Positions 16,001 to 26,084 are shown, numbered from the stretch's first letter. The stretch: 33,023 nucleotides of DNA from a virus (IMGVR_UViG_3300003809_000009:1-33023); one strand, 5' to 3'. Translations and numbers: made by a program. Notes: generated from the letters alone by a model not told the origin.

Positions 16001-17929
16001 AGTTAAATTGGTTAAATTTGCGCCTGAAACCGCACCGAAAAGACCAGACCAAGTACCTGTAGTGATAGTTCCAGTAGTAGTTAAGCTGGTTGATCCAGCC
16101 AAAGGAGAAGCACCTAAAGTATTGTAAGAAATGGTATAAGCAGTTGCACCATTAAAAACTACAGGAGAAGATGCCCCAGACCCACTATTATTAAAAGTAA
16201 GGCTATTTGGAAGATCGGCAGTTACTGTTACAGAACCACCAAGATTTACTAAATCACCATTAATAGTGATAGAAGAATTTGCTAGTTGAGCATTAGTAAC
16301 TGTACCACTAAGAGCAGTAGTAGGAATGGTTGTAGATGCGGTAATTGCACTAGAACCATTGGCATAAACATAGCCAGTATAGTTTCCTAAAGTGACAGTA
16401 CTATTGGCAGATAAAGTTGTAAATTTAGCTGTAGAAGGAGTTGTAGAGCCTATAGGGGTATTATCTAAACTATCTATAGTTAGTCCTACACCTTGAATTG
16501 TTCCACCAGTTATAGCCACATTATTGGCATTTTGGGTAGACATAGTGCCTAAACCAGATACCTGAGTATTGCTAATAGCAATAGAGGTTGTATTGGCTGC
16601 GGTAAGTTGACCCTGGACATTGACAGTAAAAGTTGCTACAGAGCCAGCAGAACCATAAGAACCTGCGGTAACTGCGGTATTAGCCAGAGCAATAGTAACT
16701 GCGCTAGAGCCATTAAATGATCCACCAGATAGACCTGTGCCGATAGTCAAAGCATAAGGTGTAACTGCGGTGACAGTAGTGCTGCCACCCAATGCAACTG
16801 CATTGCCATTGATAGTGATTGAATTATTGACTAATGCACTATTAGGAATTGCAGTTAAAGTATTGGTAGAACCACTAATTGAAGTGCCAACCAAAGTAGT
16901 TAGGGTAGACCCTAATGAAACACTTGTTGACCCAATAGTAATAGATGAATTGGTTAAACCTGAATTTGGGATAGTCGCATTAATTTGACTTGGTGCAATA
17001 CTAATTGGTGTATTGGTTGCGCTAGTAATTTGACCTTGAGCATTTAAAAATAAAGCTGGCACATAAGAAGCAGTACCATAAGACCCTGCGGTAACACCAG
17101 TATTGGTAATGCTAAATTGAGTGCCAGTAAGGGTTAACCCTGTGCCAGCACTATAAGTGCCTTGACCAGAAATTTGTGTCCAAGTAATAGGAGTGACATC
17201 AATTGTGCCAATTTCAGGGACAATGGCTACCCAACCAGTTTTGGCATATAAAGTGCCATTTTGTACAAAAGTAGTTGCACCTGGTATTTGTACCCAGGCT
17301 TCCATGTCGGCTGCTCTAGCCCAAGCAGTTGTAGAAGCAACCCAAATACCATTGTAAGCAGGGTTGGCTTGTGCTCTTACTACAACTCGATCACCAGCTA
17401 AAGTGGTATATCCATCAATAGTTTGTAGCCCAGAAAGGGTAATGTCACCTGTAGTGGCACATTGACACTCATATTTAGCTGCGCCTGTAGAAATAGAATC
17501 AGCATATTGCTTGTTAACCAAATCAGTAGGATTGACAGGGACAGCAATAACTTGACCTGAATCGGTTAAAGTATTGGCAAAATGCGGTGAATACAAGGCA
17601 TTATTTAAGCCATAAATTTGAGAAAATGAATTTGCAGTACCAGCAGTCATCAAATTGGTAACAAAATCACCTCGATTCCATGCTCTAGGGACAGTACCTT
17701 CTTGACCTCTCACTACAGTTAGAGCATCACCAGTAATGTTGGTACAAGAAACAATTTCTACAACTAAGTTATTAGTTGCATTTACAAGGGTAATAGTAAC
17801 TGCTTGATTTGCAGATGGGGCAGGAAAATATGATCCAGTACCAGCAGCAACATAAATGACTGTATCTGTACTTGCTACAGGTAGAGCAAGAGTTGTCTGT
17901 GCCTGATTAGCAAATAATAGGATGCCCAT
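13082..17929 (-). CDS. Long repetitive tail fibre (1615 aa, Thr/Ser/Gly-rich)
   Basis: N-terminal LLFAN anchor domain; ATTGDITLSGLQTIDG...GDRV fibre domain; repeated VTAGSYG...TVNAQGQLT / NSSITING modules. Confidence 0.85.
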   Translation of the reverse strand: MGILLFANQAQTTLALPVASTDTVIYVAAGTGSYFPAPSANQAVTITLVNATNNLVVEIVSCTNITGDALTVVRGQEGTVPRAWNRGDFVTNLMTAGTANSFSQIYGLNNALYSPHFANTLTDSGQVIAVPVNPTDLVNKQYADSISTGAAKYECQCATTGDITLSGLQTIDGYTTLAGDRVVVRAQANPAYNGIWVASTTAWARAADMEAWVQIPGATTFVQNGTLYAKTGWVAIVPEIGTIDVTPITWTQISGQGTYSAGTGLTLTGTQFSITNTGVTAGSYGTASYVPALFLNAQGQITSATNTPISIAPSQINATIPNSGLTNSSITIGSTSVSLGSTLTTLVGTSISGSTNTLTAIPNSALVNNSITINGNAVALGGSTTVTAVTPYALTIGTGLSGGSFNGSSAVTIALANTAVTAGSYGSAGSVATFTVNVQGQLTAANTTSIAISNTQVSGLGTMSTQNANNVAITGGTIQGVGLTIDSLDNTPIGSTTPSTAKFTTLSANSTVTLGNYTGYVYANGSSAITASTTIPTTALSGTVTNAQLANSSITINGDLVNLGGSVTVTADLPNSLTFNNSGSGASSPVVFNGATAYTISYNTLGASPLAGSTSLTTTGTITTGTWSGLFGAVSGANLTNLTAGNLTGTIPSTVLGNSTVYIGTTAVALNRASATLALTGITIPTLTIGTGLSGISYNGSTATTIALANTAVTAGSYGSASNTLEATVNGQGQLTALSSVAISIAPSQINATIPNSGLTNSSITINGNAVSLGGSTTVTADTPNALTIGTGLSGTSFNGSSPVTIAISNSGVTSGTYGNASTIPVITVNSQGQITSVSTQPTNAPAYQGTWNASTNNPTLTSSVGTQGYYYVVSTAGNTTLNGVSDWNIGDWAIFSGGAWEKIPGSNTESFTNLTTTNLAVTGLTGYMYANNTIGNVTASTTIPTTALSGTITNAQLANSTISGISLGSNLATLTIGTSLSGTSYNGGSAVTIALASSGVTAGSYGSASTVPTYTVNAQGQLTAASNTTISIAPSQINATIPNSGLTNSSITINGNAVSLGGSTTVTADTPNALTIGTGLSGTSFNGSSPVTISISNTAVTAGSYGSATQVGTFTVNAQGQLTAASNVTITPAVTSITGLGIGMATFLATPTSANLVATVTDETGTGSLVFANTPTLVTPILGTPTSGTLTNCSGLPLSTGVTGTLSVGNGGTGVTSSSGANSVVLRDSNQNVFANNFIPNTTFTASSSTPVNLTVSSAQYQVVTGTTTSQVFNMPDATTLIVGDTYYFNNNITYSSVQINAHDGTTSLLALQAGGAAHLILLSNSTSNGTWDIHSYVPASVSWGNATLNFNSASSISGSVSWQGNTIGIGYGGTGITSTPTNGQLLIGNGTGYTLATITAGAGISVTNSSGGITIAVNGTGEVTSFQTSLSGLTPSTATGGAVTLAGTLGAASGGTGATTLTGYVYGNGTSAMTASTTIPTSALSGNFVSTFSAGTTGLTPSTATAGAITLSGTLVVGNGGTGVATLTGLAYGNGTSAFTAATAAQVVSVIGSTAVTNATNAANLNLAAGSGSTNYITFASSATGNTAQYTNTGLTYNYTNNAITGGISGGSF

Positions 17930-18568
17930 TTAGAATCCACTTGGTTGAAAAGATGTAGAAATTACATTCCAATTTGTACCATCGGATTGCAATAAACAAG
18001 AAGTGCCAACAACTGCTTCTAAAATGGCTGTACCTGCTGTTGTTGTACCAGAAGGCACTACATTTGAAGATGCACTTGTAATGGTTACTCCATTAGGGTT
18101 TTTAATCCAAAGAGTATTACCATAATAAGATGCAGCATTTAAAAGAGTTAATACAACATCAAATGAAGTATTAATAATTAAAGTCGTATCGCTAGTGGTT
18201 TGAGTATAAAAAGCATTGGTAACTGTAGTTACAGTTGGTGGCAAAGCATTACCAGTTTGCTGAAAAGAACTAGCTGCTCCAGCAGTAAAGTAATTTGATG
18301 CCAAATCTCCTGCCAACCACGATTGAGCAGTAGTCCCTTCTTGTGCTCTAACAATAGTGCAGACATCGGCAGACCTAGCTGTACAAAGAACAATTTCATC
18401 CAAAAAACCAGTAGCAGCATCAGTAAAGGTCATTTTAAATGCTTGACCAGTAGTAGGATTGGGGAATTTAGCCCCAGTACCAGTTGCTAATGTGCAAGTG
18501 GTTGCAGATGCAGAAATAGGTGATGCTAAAGTAGACTGTGCATTATTAGCAAAGAGCAGAATGGTCAT
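17930..18568 (-). CDS. Short fibre/baseplate appendage protein (LLFAN anchor paralog)
   Basis: N-terminal ~100 aa homologous to 13082..17929 and 19176..20768; C-terminal LQSDGTNW beta domain. Confidence 0.75.
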   Translation of the reverse strand: MTILLFANNAQSTLASPISASATTCTLATGTGAKFPNPTTGQAFKMTFTDAATGFLDEIVLCTARSADVCTIVRAQEGTTAQSWLAGDLASNYFTAGAASSFQQTGNALPPTVTTVTNAFYTQTTSDTTLIINTSFDVVLTLLNAASYYGNTLWIKNPNGVTITSASSNVVPSGTTTAGTAILEAVVGTSCLLQSDGTNWNVISTSFQPSGF

Positions 18569-18579
18569 ACAAACTCCCT

Positions 18580-18852
18580 TTACAAGATTCTATAAGTGTC
18601 GGCTGCTGCACCTGTGAATTTAACAGTTGTTACAGGAAAGTTCAAGACATAAACAATCTGTGAAGTTTCGGTATAAGTTGGTGTAACTGCTGCGTAATAA
18701 GTTGCTCCACCATCAAAAGAAAATTGAATGGCTCTGCTACCATTGCTTGAATTCAATACAAGTGAAGCTGGATAAACAACATTGGGAACATTGACAACCG
18801 CAGTTGTTCCAGTAAGAGTGCCTGTAATTGGGCTACCATAGTTATATGACAT
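18580..18852 (-). CDS. Small beta-rich virion-associated protein
   Basis: ORF track; within the fibre cluster. Confidence 0.65.
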   Translation of the reverse strand: MSYNYGSPITGTLTGTTAVVNVPNVVYPASLVLNSSNGSRAIQFSFDGGATYYAAVTPTYTETSQIVYVLNFPVTTVKFTGAAADTYRIL

Positions 18853-18854
18853 AA

Positions 18855-19166
18855 TTAAAATCCTTCAGGTTTTGGAAATTGTGCTTTAACAGCTAAACAT
18901 TTTTTTCTATATTCTTCTAATGCAACTTCATCTTTTTTAACCCAAGCATCCAAAAATTCACCTATTTCTGGATAATTCATAATGCGTTGACGATAATAAT
19001 CTTCATTACCAATCATTATTGGTTTAAATGATGCTTGACCTAATTGATCTGCTTCTTGTTTGGTAATAAGTTTATGTTTTCGCTTATCAATTAAATGATT
19101 TTGCGATCCATCAGCAGCAAATCCATATAGATTGCCATCTTTGTCTTTATAGTGATTCATTTCCAT
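18855..19166 (-). CDS. Probable tail-fibre assembly chaperone
   Basis: YKDKDGNLYGFAADGSQ...RIMNYPEIGEFLDA...VKAQFPKP; follows a fibre gene. Confidence 0.65.
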   Translation of the reverse strand: MEMNHYKDKDGNLYGFAADGSQNHLIDKRKHKLITKQEADQLGQASFKPIMIGNEDYYRQRIMNYPEIGEFLDAWVKKDEVALEEYRKKCLAVKAQFPKPEGF

Positions 19167-19175
19167 AATTTGTCC

Positions 19176-20768
19176 TTAGTACAACTCGACCCAGTTATAA
19201 ACACCTTGACCAGAATTTAGTTGATAGGTTGCGCCAGGTGGAACAATAATAAATGTACCGCCATAAGAACCGCATCCATTAAACTGCCATTGATACCAAG
19301 CAATTAGCATTCCATTGACATAGGCTTGAATAGTAGAAGTTACAGAGCAAGTAGCAGTTGCTGAAACCGCAATTGGGTAACTTTTTGAGTTGGTATATGT
19401 TGTATTAAAACTTCTTGATCCAGTTACATTATTCCATTGAGTTCCACCAAAACCTAAACCAACATTAACATATCCAGCAGGATTTGAAGTGTTATAAGGT
19501 GTATAACCTAAACCAGAAATAATTTGAGAATAATTTAAAGTATTGACAGTATTAGCATTACCAGTAATATTAATTCCCCAATTACCATAAGCGCCAGCAC
19601 CATTTAAAGTTGGAGCATAAGAATTAAAATTTGATGAACTTAATACTTGATTACCGCTAATAAAAAGATTGCTAAAGTTGGTTTGTGAAGTGGTTACAGA
19701 ATTAGTTGCGGTTGCAGCATTTAATCCATAAGAACCAGTAATTGTTCCACCAGTAATATTTACTGAATTGGAATTTTCAAAAGCCATTGTTCCTAAAGAA
19801 CTAACATTCCAATAAGGGTTTAATAAAATCCATTTTCCATAAGAACTGCTATAAACTACTTGGCAAACATAGCCTGATCCAGCAATATCACTAACAGCCA
19901 AAGGCTGATTATTACCTTTAACAATAGTAGTAGTTGCAGTAACAGTAGAACCCAAAGTTAAAGTTAAATTAGGAGTAGTTGTAGCATTGTTACCTGTAGC
20001 CCTAAATTCAAGTGCTAAACCATCAGATAGCGAAGTTAAAGAAGATGGAATAGTTACTGCAATGGTATCTGCTCCACCTGTAGCTTGTGCATAGGTATAA
20101 AATTGCTCTTGAAGTTGTGCAGGGCTTAAAGCAGTAGATTCTCCTGTACCTGGATTTAATAAAACATAAGCAGAATAAACTGGACTCCAAGACAATAACA
20201 TTGGATAACCAGCATTAGCAATATCACCTGCAATTAAAGGTTGATTATTAGATTTAACAATTGAATAAATACCTGTAGCAGTTGATCCAATGGTTAAATT
20301 TAAAGTGGCTGCACCAGTATTTGCATAAGCAGCTTGCAAAATAAAAGTAAAATTTGTTGGAATATAGTTTAAATTGGAAGGAATGGTTGCTGATAAAGCA
20401 TTGGCAGAGCCAGTAGCAATAGCAGTATCATAAGTACCAATTTGATATTGATCTAACTGGATATTATTATTAATAGTTCCAGCCGTAAAATACATTCCTG
20501 CCAAATCATTTGCTAACCAAGATTGAGGGGTTGTACCTTCTTGACCACGAACTATTGTAATAGTATCGCCTGATCTAGCAGTTACTAAAACAATTTCATT
20601 CAAAAGACCTGTAGCAGCATCCACAAAGGTCATTTTAAAACCTTGACCTGTGGTTGGGCTTGGGAATAGTGAACCTGTACCAGAAGCCAAAGTAGCGGTA
20701 GTGGTTGTGCTGGAAATAGCAGATGCTAAAAATGATTTAGCATTATTGGCAAAAAGTAAGATTGTCAT
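19176..20768 (-). CDS. Tail fibre protein (LLFAN anchor, duplicated ATLNL..G..IVK.NNQPL domain, distal tip)
   Basis: C-terminal GLGFGGTQWNNVTGSRSFNTTYTN...IVPPGATY...WVEL tip motif. Confidence 0.8.
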   Translation of the reverse strand: MTILLFANNAKSFLASAISSTTTTATLASGTGSLFPSPTTGQGFKMTFVDAATGLLNEIVLVTARSGDTITIVRGQEGTTPQSWLANDLAGMYFTAGTINNNIQLDQYQIGTYDTAIATGSANALSATIPSNLNYIPTNFTFILQAAYANTGAATLNLTIGSTATGIYSIVKSNNQPLIAGDIANAGYPMLLSWSPVYSAYVLLNPGTGESTALSPAQLQEQFYTYAQATGGADTIAVTIPSSLTSLSDGLALEFRATGNNATTTPNLTLTLGSTVTATTTIVKGNNQPLAVSDIAGSGYVCQVVYSSSYGKWILLNPYWNVSSLGTMAFENSNSVNITGGTITGSYGLNAATATNSVTTSQTNFSNLFISGNQVLSSSNFNSYAPTLNGAGAYGNWGINITGNANTVNTLNYSQIISGLGYTPYNTSNPAGYVNVGLGFGGTQWNNVTGSRSFNTTYTNSKSYPIAVSATATCSVTSTIQAYVNGMLIAWYQWQFNGCGSYGGTFIIVPPGATYQLNSGQGVYNWVELY

Positions 20769-20778
20769 AGCAAATCTC

Positions 20779-21471
20779 TTAATAGGTTACATTGAAAGTA
20801 TACTGGAAAGGCACTTGTAAAACACCTGCATTTATGCCTGATTGCAAAATTGGAGCAAGTGTAGTGGGAATTAAAGGAGTAAATGTGGATTCTGCATTTA
20901 AAGGTACTTCATTAAATTCAAAAGTATCCAATAAAGAACCACCTTTTTTAATATTTACCCCTGAATAAATATGAATATTGACAACATTGTTTGAGGCAAA
21001 AGTTACACTAATTTGATAAGTTTCACCCAACAAAGGATCAGTACCATTAACTCCTGCTAAAAATCGAGCAATTCTTCTTTTTAGCCAAGTAGTGTTAAAT
21101 TGATAACCATCGCCTTTATAAAAATTCCAAGTAATACATCTTTGAAAAATGTCATCAGTAGTAACATAAAAATTACTAGGCGCAATTTTGACATCTTGGT
21201 TAAATGGCAAAGTGTTTAAATAATCGGTGTTATAAACACCTTTATTGGTATAACCGCCTTCAGGAAGAACTGGTCTAGTTAAACCATATATTCCTTGAGC
21301 TACCCAATCCAAAGAAGCCCCAGATTGTTTTGTATAGATTGGAAGGTTTAAATTATTAAACCAATCTAAGTATTCTTGGGCTAAAGTATTATAGGAAGAT
21401 ACAAAAGCCTGAAGATCAGAATCATCATAATATTGCTGATATAGATAGCTTGGGATAATTTGGGTAAGCAT
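20779..21471 (-). CDS. Baseplate wedge protein (P2 gpI / DUF2612-position)
   Basis: LDWVAQGIYGLTRP, TDDIFQR; lies between the J-like gene and the fibre gene. Confidence 0.7.
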   Translation of the reverse strand: MLTQIIPSYLYQQYYDDSDLQAFVSSYNTLAQEYLDWFNNLNLPIYTKQSGASLDWVAQGIYGLTRPVLPEGGYTNKGVYNTDYLNTLPFNQDVKIAPSNFYVTTDDIFQRCITWNFYKGDGYQFNTTWLKRRIARFLAGVNGTDPLLGETYQISVTFASNNVVNIHIYSGVNIKKGGSLLDTFEFNEVPLNAESTFTPLIPTTLAPILQSGINAGVLQVPFQYTFNVTY

Positions 21472-21472
21472 A

Positions 21473-22882
21473 TTATCCCTGGGTGATTGCTATAGATTGA
21501 ATATTAGTTTCAAAATAACCTTCAGGATCGCCAATAATTAAACCTGTACCTGATTCTGGAGATACATCAACACCATTAATAGCTACTGTAAATACCATTC
21601 TAGACAGCAATGTAGGTGGAATAATGCTAGAAATTGCTTGTTGAAATACATTTTGCAATTCAAAAATATTGATTGGTTGACCAACATAAATGCTATTAAT
21701 ATAAGCAGCAATAGCTGGTTGTCCTAATTGTGCTACAGCAGTTGGAGACACATAGTTGGTAGATGTTGTATTCCAAACAAGGCTAATAGAAACAGCTTGT
21801 TGTGGTGGATTTACAAAAGTAATATTATAAGTATCAGGATAATCATTGATTGATACAGTAATATTTCTATAATTTGGGGTGACTACACCACCACTTGTAT
21901 AAGTTCCAAAAGTAGATGTATTTTTACTTGTTGTAACCAAATTATTGGAAATGGCAGTTACAGTATAAGTAGTATTAAAGGCTGCTGGACTAGCACCTGT
22001 AATTGTAATTACTTCTCCTACAGAATATTCACCAAAATAAGCACCAGTATTGATAACAGCATTAGTACCTGTGGTAATGCTTAAAGCGGTAATGGTAGAG
22101 CCTACAATATTCGATATATCAAATAATCCAGTAAAAATGGCATTTCCTACTTCATAAGGATCACCACCACCACAAATAATTTCCCAATTTGTGCCAGATT
22201 GTCGCACCGCAACAAGTCTATCTTGAACACCATTAACATTTTGCAATTGTGTTTTTAAGAATGTGGGCATACCAGAAGCTACAGCAAGACCAGCTTGAAT
22301 GACTTGAGCTTGATAATCTTCTAATGGTTGGGCTGAAGCACCAGGAATACCTGCGGTTTGATTAGTACAAGATAAAGTCAAACCAGATGGTACTGAGGTA
22401 ATAATTTGGGTTACTGTGCCAACAGGAACAGCCCAAGAGCCTGAATTAATAGCTAGACAATATAACTCAGCACTTTGTCCTGTAGAAGCTATTACACCGC
22501 CATCTTGAACTGTATATTGATGAGAACCATCAGATATTACAAATCCCTTAGAAATAACAAATCCAGGGCTTCCAGAAAAGGTTACATAAACTGAAGTATT
22601 AGACCCAATGCCTTGTTGTACACCATAAATTTGACCTAATTGATTCAATAAATAAGAATTGGCAGTATAGGGTGTAATACTATTATAAAGATCGACTCTG
22701 GCTGAATCTATTAAAGCTAAAGCACCAACATCGGTAGAACTAATATCTTCAATTAAAGAGCCTGGCAAATTGGCTGTATAACCAGGATTTGTTGCAGAAA
22801 CCAGAGCAATTAACTCTGATTGCAGAGTAGTTGGTGAGGTTGGTTGCAAACCTGAAGAATTTACATCTGTTGTAATGGTCAT
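21473..22882 (-). CDS. Baseplate J-like wedge protein
   Basis: LLNQLGQIYGV, VTFSGSPGFVISKG, CTNQTAGIPG; synteny. Confidence 0.85.
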   Translation of the reverse strand: MTITTDVNSSGLQPTSPTTLQSELIALVSATNPGYTANLPGSLIEDISSTDVGALALIDSARVDLYNSITPYTANSYLLNQLGQIYGVQQGIGSNTSVYVTFSGSPGFVISKGFVISDGSHQYTVQDGGVIASTGQSAELYCLAINSGSWAVPVGTVTQIITSVPSGLTLSCTNQTAGIPGASAQPLEDYQAQVIQAGLAVASGMPTFLKTQLQNVNGVQDRLVAVRQSGTNWEIICGGGDPYEVGNAIFTGLFDISNIVGSTITALSITTGTNAVINTGAYFGEYSVGEVITITGASPAAFNTTYTVTAISNNLVTTSKNTSTFGTYTSGGVVTPNYRNITVSINDYPDTYNITFVNPPQQAVSISLVWNTTSTNYVSPTAVAQLGQPAIAAYINSIYVGQPINIFELQNVFQQAISSIIPPTLLSRMVFTVAINGVDVSPESGTGLIIGDPEGYFETNIQSIAITQG

Positions 22883-23226
22883 ACTGCCACCTGTTGTTGA
22901 ATTTTAGTACCTTGAGTTGTTACTATATCTACATTATATGTAGGGGTAGGTAATTGTGCCTTAGTAATTGTCAAACTGGCAAAAAAGTTAGAGAATTGTT
23001 GTTGAGTGACAGTTACATAATAATCAGGGAAAACTTGCTGAATAACTGACCTTTGAGCAGGAATTCCATAGTTTGCATAAAAAGGGGATTCTCCCAGGCT
23101 TAATTTAAGTACCTGAATAAGAGTAGTGGCATATCCATACTCAAAGTTGCCAGAAGCATCTTGCTGTATTTCTACCCAAACTAAATCTCCAGCAGAATTC
23201 TTTACTCGACCATATGTTCTAGCCAT
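22879..23226 (-). CDS. Baseplate protein (gpW / gp46-position sheath initiator)
   Basis: LKLSLGESPFYANYGIP; start set to ATG 23226 (MARTYGR). Confidence 0.7.
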   Translation of the reverse strand: MARTYGRVKNSAGDLVWVEIQQDASGNFEYGYATTLIQVLKLSLGESPFYANYGIPAQRSVIQQVFPDYYVTVTQQQFSNFFASLTITKAQLPTPTYNVDIVTTQGTKIQQQVAV

Positions 23227-23256
23227 GATTAGCAAATTCCCATTTTTTTTGTGTAA

Positions 23257-23979
23257 TCATATTGGTGCTCCAGTATTTCCAGAACCAGGCTGAACTCCAG
23301 AGTGTTCATGAGTGCTGCCAATATTTTTACCATTATTAGTAATAGTTCCAGTAGTAGCAATATTTCCATTAACACTCATAGTTCCACCTGATCCACCGCT
23401 AATAGCAAAGCCATCTGTACCTGTGATTAATCCATTGACAGTCAGATTTCCATTCATAATGGTATTGCCATTGTTGACAACTAAATTGCCACCATTAAGG
23501 TCAATTATAATTCCTGTGGATGTTAAAGTCAGTTTGCAATCTTGATTTTTAGTAGTTATTTCTACCCCAGTTTCCCCATACATAAATAGGTATTCGCCAT
23601 TAACCGCAAAAAAAGCGGTATTACCAAAAGGGAAAAATACTAAAGCTGTCAAATTGCCTGGATCGCTTAAATCAGGAGTTCCAGTACCCAGTCCAGAAGC
23701 CTTTCTAAGACTGACATCAGCAGGAATGCAATATCCTTTACAGCCTGGCTGAATAGGGTATCTAATGTATTCTGATCCAGCTACAGGGCAAGTTACTTCA
23801 GGAAGGGTAATTCCATCTGGAACATTGACATCAAATTTGACAGTAACAATAGAACCATTGACCGATGTTACATAACAAGGAAAAGATTGACTATATCCTT
23901 GCAAAGCATCATTAATCTTTCTATCTGCAAAAAGATTAATAGATTGGGCAAATGATATTTTTTGATCTATAGAGGACAT
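23257..23979 (-). CDS. Baseplate central spike (gpV / Gp138-like)
   Basis: OB-fold-like N-terminus, beta-helix repeats, terminal HEHSGVQPGSGNTGAP HxH metal-binding tip. Confidence 0.88.
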   Translation of the reverse strand: MSSIDQKISFAQSINLFADRKINDALQGYSQSFPCYVTSVNGSIVTVKFDVNVPDGITLPEVTCPVAGSEYIRYPIQPGCKGYCIPADVSLRKASGLGTGTPDLSDPGNLTALVFFPFGNTAFFAVNGEYLFMYGETGVEITTKNQDCKLTLTSTGIIIDLNGGNLVVNNGNTIMNGNLTVNGLITGTDGFAISGGSGGTMSVNGNIATTGTITNNGKNIGSTHEHSGVQPGSGNTGAPI

Positions 23980-25070
23980 TATGCGTGGAAAGTTCCAAAG
24001 GTTGAAGTAGTAGAATTTGGTGGTACATACGCTTGTATTACTGTAACCCAGCTATTTGCATCACCCTGCCTAAATATTCCAATATGTCTAACACTTTGAA
24101 TATTAAAAGTACCCTTGAAATTTGAGGTAGTTTTAAATTGAGACTGAGTCTGAGGTAAAGTTAAAATAAGACCTTTGGTTGCCGATTGTTGAGGCATTAA
24201 GATTTGACCCCCTACTTTAAGGTCATATCGCATGACAGTTTTAAAGGTCAATGTATAAGGCGCAATCCAAGTAGGCTGCCCAATTAAATCAGTAAATTGA
24301 ATTTGAATAGGCTCAGAAGTTGGTGGAATAGTGTAATCATAGACATTAATAATGTTATCTACAAAAGACACTTGAATTCCTGGATAAGTAGTTCCCCCAA
24401 TAATACTTCTACTTCTTTCATTTAAAAATTTAGAAAATGTCTCTAAAGTAAAGTTTTGTTGTTTAATAGGTTCAGGAGCAACCAAATTTGGGCTAATGTT
24501 GACATTGACAGCAGAAGCATTTGGAAACACATTTTTTAAAGTAGTTTCAATTGCAGGTGCTAAAGGGGCATTATTGTCACAACTAAAACTAAAGTTTAAT
24601 GGGGTTTCTTTGCTGCCAGTAGGCAAAACCATAATAAAGTCTAAAGTTTGCGAAGTTCCCTGCCAATTACCAAAGGCTTGTTGAATTCTAGAAGTCATCA
24701 AAACCCCATATTGTTCTGGATTTGCTAAAGGAAGCCCTTTTGCCATTCCACCAGAAATAACAATATTGCAATATTTAGTGCCATCAACACTAGGATTGAA
24801 ATTGGCTGCTTGAGCCAACAAAGGAAGCCCTACACCATAAACTCTTAAAGATGCTCCCCCTAAAGGAGAATTAAAGGTAGAAACTGGCAAATCCCATTCA
24901 ACATTTAAAGCACCTGAAATTGTGCTTTTTGTGCTTGTAAATGCACCAAAAATACTTCCATTAGTGCCATAGCTGGTAAAAGTACCATTAAAAATGGGTT
25001 TTCCATCTGAGCCATTAATTACCTTTGGATTTCCATCTTGATCGGTAATCTTAATTTCATACCTTCTCAT
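23979..25070 (-). CDS. Baseplate hub protein
   Basis: MRRYEIKI, DLIGQPTW, VRHIG..RQGDANSWVTV; synteny. Confidence 0.72.
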   Translation of the reverse strand: MRRYEIKITDQDGNPKVINGSDGKPIFNGTFTSYGTNGSIFGAFTSTKSTISGALNVEWDLPVSTFNSPLGGASLRVYGVGLPLLAQAANFNPSVDGTKYCNIVISGGMAKGLPLANPEQYGVLMTSRIQQAFGNWQGTSQTLDFIMVLPTGSKETPLNFSFSCDNNAPLAPAIETTLKNVFPNASAVNVNISPNLVAPEPIKQQNFTLETFSKFLNERSRSIIGGTTYPGIQVSFVDNIINVYDYTIPPTSEPIQIQFTDLIGQPTWIAPYTLTFKTVMRYDLKVGGQILMPQQSATKGLILTLPQTQSQFKTTSNFKGTFNIQSVRHIGIFRQGDANSWVTVIQAYVPPNSTTSTFGTFHA

Positions 25071-25474
25071 TAGATAATCTCAAATTGATTGTTTGCAACT
25101 CTATAAACTAATTGGGTTGTAAAGTAACCAGCAGTTAATGAAATATTGTAATTTAATGGAGAACCAATTAAAGGCAATGCAACAATTAAAATATTATTCA
25201 AATCATAAATATTGACATAATATCTTTCCCCATAAATATTCCAAGTCACAATTACATTGTAAGAAGCACCATCAAAAGTAGCTTGAAATTGAAAATTAGA
25301 ATTATTTGCAGGGGTAAATTGAATGACATTGGTTGCAACTGGGGCAATATTTTGACTTATAGAATAAGTAGATGCTGCACCCTGAGTATTTAAAGAACCA
25401 CCATATAAAGGGGTTGTAATGGAATTATTATTTCCAATAACACTATTGACACCAGACCATAGATTATTTGACAT
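25070..25474 (-). CDS. Small baseplate protein
   Basis: FQFQATFDGASYNVIVTWNIYGERYYVNIYD; synteny. Confidence 0.65.
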   Translation of the reverse strand: MSNNLWSGVNSVIGNNNSITTPLYGGSLNTQGAASTYSISQNIAPVATNVIQFTPANNSNFQFQATFDGASYNVIVTWNIYGERYYVNIYDLNNILIVALPLIGSPLNYNISLTAGYFTTQLVYRVANNQFEII

Positions 25475-25475
25475 A

Positions 25476-26084
25476 TTAACTCGCTAATGGTGTACCAGAT
25501 TGAAAAGAATTCATCAATGCACCTAGAGTATTTTGAGGGGCTTGAGATACCAAAGGTTGTACAAAATCAAATTGCCAAGCATTTTGAGGTTGTTGGCTAT
25601 CAGGTCTTGATACATCAGTCAAATTAGTAAGGATACAATTCAAATAAACATAAGAAGGTGTAGCTACAATAAAAGTTCCACCTTGTTGAATATGCGATTG
25701 AAGCGCAGCTTGTAGCGCAGTAAAGGTAATCATTTTTGATACATAACCACCATTCACATTGGCAGGGCAGTTCATCAACATAGAAATCTTTAATGGCTTG
25801 GCAATAACAGCATTAGCAGCATAAGATTGATTCGCAAAAGGATACATTGCAATTTCATTGTCTACTAAGGTAGCACCAGGCAAAGGTCTAAAATGCCCAA
25901 AAAAGTTATTTAGGTTTAAAGGATTTTGACCATTTAATAAAGAAAATCCAAAATTGGCTGCTTCAGTAATAGCAATGATTGGCAATAAATTACCTGGAAC
26001 AAATGTAGCAATTCCATTCGACAAAATAATTGGCGATATTTCATAAGCTACTTGATAAATTGATTGACCTACACTTGTTGCCAT
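25476..26084 (-). CDS. Tail-tube initiator / Dit-like baseplate protein
   Basis: Directly downstream of the tape measure; YPFANQSYAANAVI, VATPSYVYLNCILT, WQFDFVQPL. Confidence 0.65.
   Translation of the reverse strand: MATSVGQSIYQVAYEISPIILSNGIATFVPGNLLPIIAITEAANFGFSLLNGQNPLNLNNFFGHFRPLPGATLVDNEIAMYPFANQSYAANAVIAKPLKISMLMNCPANVNGGYVSKMITFTALQAALQSHIQQGGTFIVATPSYVYLNCILTNLTDVSRPDSQQPQNAWQFDFVQPLVSQAPQNTLGALMNSFQSGTPLAS

Noticed and set aside
11735-20768. Diversity-generating retroelement or invertible fibre cassette
   Set aside because: No reverse transcriptase or invertase, no TR/VR pair differing only at adenines, and no flanking inverted repeats seen in this window.
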